Position numbers and translations under genes: made by a program
NCBI GenBank assembly: GCA_965248835.1
Contig: CBDFLJ010000002.1
Location: forward strand, 2,208,001 to 2,272,000
DNA: 64,000 bases
Source: Alphaproteobacteria bacterium
GTDB lineage: Bacteria > Pseudomonadota > Alphaproteobacteria > MPNO01
Direction of reading: 5' to 3'
Shown: positions 60,445-64,000 of the stretch, piece after piece
Layout: each line of letters opens with the position of its first letter
Position numbering within the stretch: position 1 is the first letter of the stretch
Notes under the pieces: generated by a model
Databases searched by the model: none
What the model was told of the DNA's origin: nothing
Seen by the model: the letters and a program-made list of their open reading frames with translations, nothing else

Positions 60445-61836
60445 GAGCTATGGCCAGAAGTTGGTGACGGGGTGAAGGGTTAAGGCGGCGTATCGTGGGG
60501 GTGATCGAGCCTCCACCTCTCCAACGAAGGAGTGATACGCCGTGAGCGACAATAACGTTTTGAAGCTTTCCCAGCCATCGACGTTTTCCGATCCGTTGAC
60601 CGAGGTGCTGCGCAGCGGCGCCCGGTCCCTGCTGGCGCGGGCGGTCGAGGCGGAGGTTGCCGCGTTCCTTGATGGCCACTCCGAGGCGCGCACCGAAGAA
60701 GGCCGCCGACGGCTGGTGCGCCACGGCCACCTGCCCGAACGCGAGATCATGACCGGCATCGGCCCGGTTGCGGTTCGCGCGCCACGCGTTCGCGACCGCA
60801 CGGGCCTGGGCGCCGACCGCATCCGGTTCAGCTCCGCGCTCCTGCCGCCTTATGCGCGGCGCTCGAAGAGCCTCGAAGTCCTGATCCCCGTCCTCTACCT
60901 CAAGGGCATCTCCACGGGCGACTTCGCCGAGGCGCTGGCGGCCTTGCTCGGGCCGGACGCCGGCGGCTTGTCGGCCTCGACCGTGGCGCGGCTCACCGAG
61001 GTTTGGGCGGACGAGCACGCGCACTGGCTGAAGCGGGATCTGTCGGCCAGGCACTATGTCTACTTCTGGGCCGACGGCATCCATGTGCAGGCCCGGCTCG
61101 AGGACGATGCGCAATGCCTGCTGGTCATCATCGGCGCGACGCCGGAGGGTAAGAAGGAACTCGTAGGCCTCGTCGACGGGGTGCGCGAGAGCGCCCAATC
61201 GTGGCGCGAGCTGCTACTTGACCTCAAACGGCGCGGGCTCGCGGTCGCGCCCGAACTCGCCATCGCCGACGGCGCGCTCGGCTTCTGGAAGGCGATCGAG
61301 GAAGTGTGGCCCCGGACCCGCAGCCAGCGCTGTTGGGTGCACAAGACCGCCAACATGCTCAACAAGCTGCCCAAGAGCCAGCACTCGAAGGCAAAGCGTG
61401 CTCTCCAGGAGATCTGGATGGCCGAGACCAGGAACGACGCAGACAGCGCCTTCGACGCCTTCATCGAGACCTACGCCGTCAAGTACGACAAGGCGGCCGC
61501 ATGCCTGGTCAAGGATCGCGAGACGATGCTGGCGTTCTACGACTTTCCCGCCGAGCATTGGAAGCATCTGCGCACCACCAACCCCATCGAAAGCACATTC
61601 GCCACCGTGCGACACCGTACCGTGCGATCCAAGGGATGCCTCTCCAACAAGACGGCGCTCGCCATGGTCTTCAAACTCGCCCAGGCGGCACAGAACAGTT
61701 GGCGCCGCCTCGACGGACACAACCAGTTGCCCAAGCCGATCGTCGGCGTAAAGTTCATCGACGGAATCGAAGCCGTCAGGCAACAACCTCAAGCCGCCGC
61801 CTGACCCAAGCCGTCACCAAGATTCGGCTATAGCTC
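60445..61836 (+). mobile_element. IS256-family element, intact, 9-bp target duplication CACAGCATA
   Basis: IRs GAGCTATGGCCAGAAGTTGGTGACGG / CCGTCACCAAGATTCGGCTATAGCTC; duplication at 60436-60444 and 61837-61845. Confidence 0.95.
60542..61804 (+). CDS. IS256-family transposase
   Basis: YFWADG, IADGALGF, QRCWVHK, RTTNPIES. Confidence 0.95.
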   Translation: MSDNNVLKLSQPSTFSDPLTEVLRSGARSLLARAVEAEVAAFLDGHSEARTEEGRRRLVRHGHLPEREIMTGIGPVAVRAPRVRDRTGLGADRIRFSSALLPPYARRSKSLEVLIPVLYLKGISTGDFAEALAALLGPDAGGLSASTVARLTEVWADEHAHWLKRDLSARHYVYFWADGIHVQARLEDDAQCLLVIIGATPEGKKELVGLVDGVRESAQSWRELLLDLKRRGLAVAPELAIADGALGFWKAIEEVWPRTRSQRCWVHKTANMLNKLPKSQHSKAKRALQEIWMAETRNDADSAFDAFIETYAVKYDKAAACLVKDRETMLAFYDFPAEHWKHLRTTNPIESTFATVRHRTVRSKGCLSNKTALAMVFKLAQAAQNSWRRLDGHNQLPKPIVGVKFIDGIEAVRQQPQAAA

Positions 61837-62233
61837 CACAGCATACGCTCGTATGCTCTATTGATTTAGCGCACTCCCGCGCGACAGGCACCGAGGCGCG
61901 GCGGGCGTATCGGACACGTCGAGAGATATCGAGTGGATCGCAGGGCTGATCGACCCACGGGCGCCGCAGCCCAACCGACCAATTAACTGCGGCAAGCGGC
62001 GGGTCTGAAACCGAGACACGACCGTTCTTCTTGACAAGCGGTTCATATGCGGCGTAAGGCGATTCGCGACGCGCCACAACTGCGACCAGATCAGACCCGC
62101 CCGGGATCACCGCGGCGGGTTTTTGATTGCCTGCCGTCAGGACGATCGCCGGAGCCGTGCGCAGCCCCGAGCGGCCCCCAAGCGACACGTGGGCAAGCGG
62201 CGCTTCGTCGTCCGGTGGAAGACCTGCACTGCG

Positions 62234-62426
62234 GGACCGTGCCGGCGGCGCGGCTGCTGATCGAGACCATGTCGGAGGCAATCCGCGCGTCGGTCTCGAA
62301 CACGTGGCCCGCCCGGTGCTCGATCCACTGTGTCCCCCAATACGCCCCGGCGCCGAGCGCAACCACGGCGACCGATGCGCGCAGGCGGAGGCGCGACCGC
62401 CGCGCGCGGCCCGGCCCCTCAGTCAT
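62234..62426 (-). pseudogene. HlyD/EmrA-type adaptor N-terminal remnant
   Basis: TM anchor then HVFETDARIASDMVSISSRAAGTV; start overlaps the MarR stop; similarity ends abruptly. Confidence 0.7.
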
Positions 62427-62877
62427 CTTTCGCGTCCAGTCGTTCGGCGTTGCGCTTGATGCATTCGAAGACATCCAGGCACGTCGCCAACTGGTCTTCG
62501 GCGATTCCGTCAAGCAGCTCCAGGCGCACGCCGTCGGCGACGCCCTGAATGCCGAGAACGCGGTTCCGGCCAACCCCGGTCAGATGGATGATCCTGCCCC
62601 GCCGATCGCCGGGCGAGACCTGGCGCTCCAGCAGCCCCTCGGATTCGAGCAGATCCAACAGACGGACCAGGCTGGGCCCTTCGATCCCGATTGCGACGGC
62701 CAAGTCCTTCTGCTGGATACCGTCGGCGGCCCGGGACACGAAAAACAGCGTCCGCCACGTCGCCTGCGAGAAACCTTCCGGGCGCAGCCTCGCATCGAGG
62801 AGACGGCGCCACTTGTGAGCCATCTCGACGAACACGAGCCCGAACGCGGCGACCAGTCGATCGCGATTGCCTGCCAT
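62419..62877 (-). CDS. MarR-family transcriptional regulator (SlyA-like)
   Basis: WRRLLDARL, QKDLA..IGIEGPSLVRLLD.LE..GLLER..DRR..LT. Confidence 0.9.
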   Translation of the reverse strand: MAGNRDRLVAAFGLVFVEMAHKWRRLLDARLRPEGFSQATWRTLFFVSRAADGIQQKDLAVAIGIEGPSLVRLLDLLESEGLLERQVSPGDRRGRIIHLTGVGRNRVLGIQGVADGVRLELLDGIAEDQLATCLDVFECIKRNAERLDAKDD

Positions 62878-62964
62878 TAGATAAGCATCCTAATAAATAG
62901 GACACTATCAAGATCGACGCTGTCAACCGAGGTGCGGGCCGGGAAAATAGGGGGCATTGTGGTT

Positions 62965-63788
62965 CCTGCTTATCCCTGAGAGTCATCCGGCGATGAGAGC
63001 TTGGTAGGGCATGGGGTTGGTGCGCGCCGCGCTGTGGATGAAGCGTGGGATCATGGTCTGGAGTTGGCAGCGCCGGTTGTGGCACCAGGCGAAACTGACG
63101 AGGTAGCGTTCGGCGTGATCGGGGCCGAGCTTGCGATAGGTTCCGATGATCGCGCTCTTGATGTTGCCGAGCGTTGCGTTCACCCATTTGAACGGCGCCA
63201 TGCGGGCCGCCTCGCGGCCCGCGCCGGTACGGATCGCCCGATGGCCGTATTCGGCCACGGCGCGCACGCTCCAGCAGCCGAGGCCGTCAGTTACGACCTC
63301 TGCCCCAGAAGCCAGCCAGTGCTTGGCGCCGCGCCATCACCGCCATGATCTTCTGTTTCATGGTCCAGGCCGTCGGCTGCTTGACCCCGAGCCGGCGGCC
63401 GAGCTCCACCGAGGAGATGCCGTTCTTCGCCGTCACGATCAAGTGGATGGCCACGAACCACAGCGTCAGCGGCAGCTTGGTGGCATGGAAGATCGTCCCT
63501 GCCGTGGGCGAGATCTGCGTCTTGCACCGGTTGCATTGATACATCCCGCGCCGACCAAGAACGCAACGACCCCGATGGCCGCAAGATCGGCACACGAAGC
63601 CGTCCGGCCAACGCAGCCGAACCAGCGTCGAGCGGCACTGATCCTCCGTGCCGAACGCCTCGCGAAACGCCTCCTCGCTCAAACCGCGCACGCGCGATGC
63701 AACCTTGAACCTCATGACCGTGACCTCTTTATCTTAGAACACAAAGAGAACATTCCCTTTCAGTGGAGGACTATCAAGGATAAGCGGG
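62965..63788 (-). mobile_element. IS1595-family element, internally deleted
   Basis: IRs CCTGCTTATCCCTGA / TCAAGGATAAGCGGG; Zn ribbon RWPDGFVCRSCG..YQCNRC..TAGTIFH.TKLPL; C-terminal WVNATLGNIK..GTYR..YL..F. Confidence 0.87.
63737..63751 (-). promoter_or_regulatory. Putative alphaproteobacterial LexA box
   Basis: GTTC-TCTTTGT-GTTC on the minus strand (exact GTTC-N7-GTTC), 21 nt upstream of the transposase ATG at 63715. Confidence 0.6.
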
Positions 63789-63898
63789 ATGTTTTTTCAT
63801 TATATAACAGAAGGTTAATAGAATATCGGCCAATGCACACCAACTTAGGTCCGGGGTGACGCGGGGAGCGCGGAGAGAAAAAGGGGAAGCGCGGCCGG

Positions 63899-63983
63899 CC
63901 CTTCATACGCGGCTCCGCCGCTACTCAGGATGAGGGGGTTTTTCCTCATCCCGAGTAGGTCCCGGAGGGACCGTATCGAGGGA
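63899..63983. repeat. REP-like palindromic repeat pair
   Basis: CTACTCAGGATGAGG / CCTCATCCCGAGTAG inverted pair with flanking GC hairpins. Confidence 0.6.
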
Positions 63984-64000
63984 CGGCGCGGCGTCGTCGC

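Noticed and set aside
62953-62960. GGCATTGT next to the IS1595 end, like the IS6 IR start
   Set aside because: Only 8 bp match and no further IS6 sequence
1-64000. CRISPR array, rRNA, riboswitch
   Set aside because: No repeat-spacer array, cas gene or recognisable structured RNA other than the intron was seen by eye; an Rfam/Infernal scan would be needed to exclude small RNAs

Overview
GC-rich sequence, most likely from an alphaproteobacterium (GTTC-N7-GTTC LexA-type box, DUF1194, TAXI/Tct transporters). It is an accessory region with no core housekeeping genes, rRNA, tRNA or CRISPR array. It is a mosaic of intact solute-uptake and catabolic modules: an ABC (Liv-type) operon with two embedded acyl-CoA ligases, TctCAB, a second Liv operon, an SDR-TAXI/TRAP-luciferase-like monooxygenase-esterase-flavoprotein operon, a Baeyer-Villiger monooxygenase with an atypical fingerprint, two 2OG-Fe(II) oxygenases, amidohydrolases, DUF3500, a bicupin and a class II aldolase. 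The modules are separated by dense mobile-element debris: a frameshifted group II intron, six IS6 remnants (four keep both ends but carry different internal deletions), IS3, IS110, IS1595 and IS21-like remnants, two abutting IS5-family elements, an intact IS256 with a 9-bp target duplication, and fragments of ICE/plasmid genes (MobF relaxase, RadC, Toprim, integrase). All product calls come from motif recognition by eye, not database searches. I could not single out one clearly novel system; the best leads are the IS6 mini-element-bounded cargo modules, the LexA box inside IS1595, the non-canonical intron boundary, and several enzymes with altered catalytic motifs.
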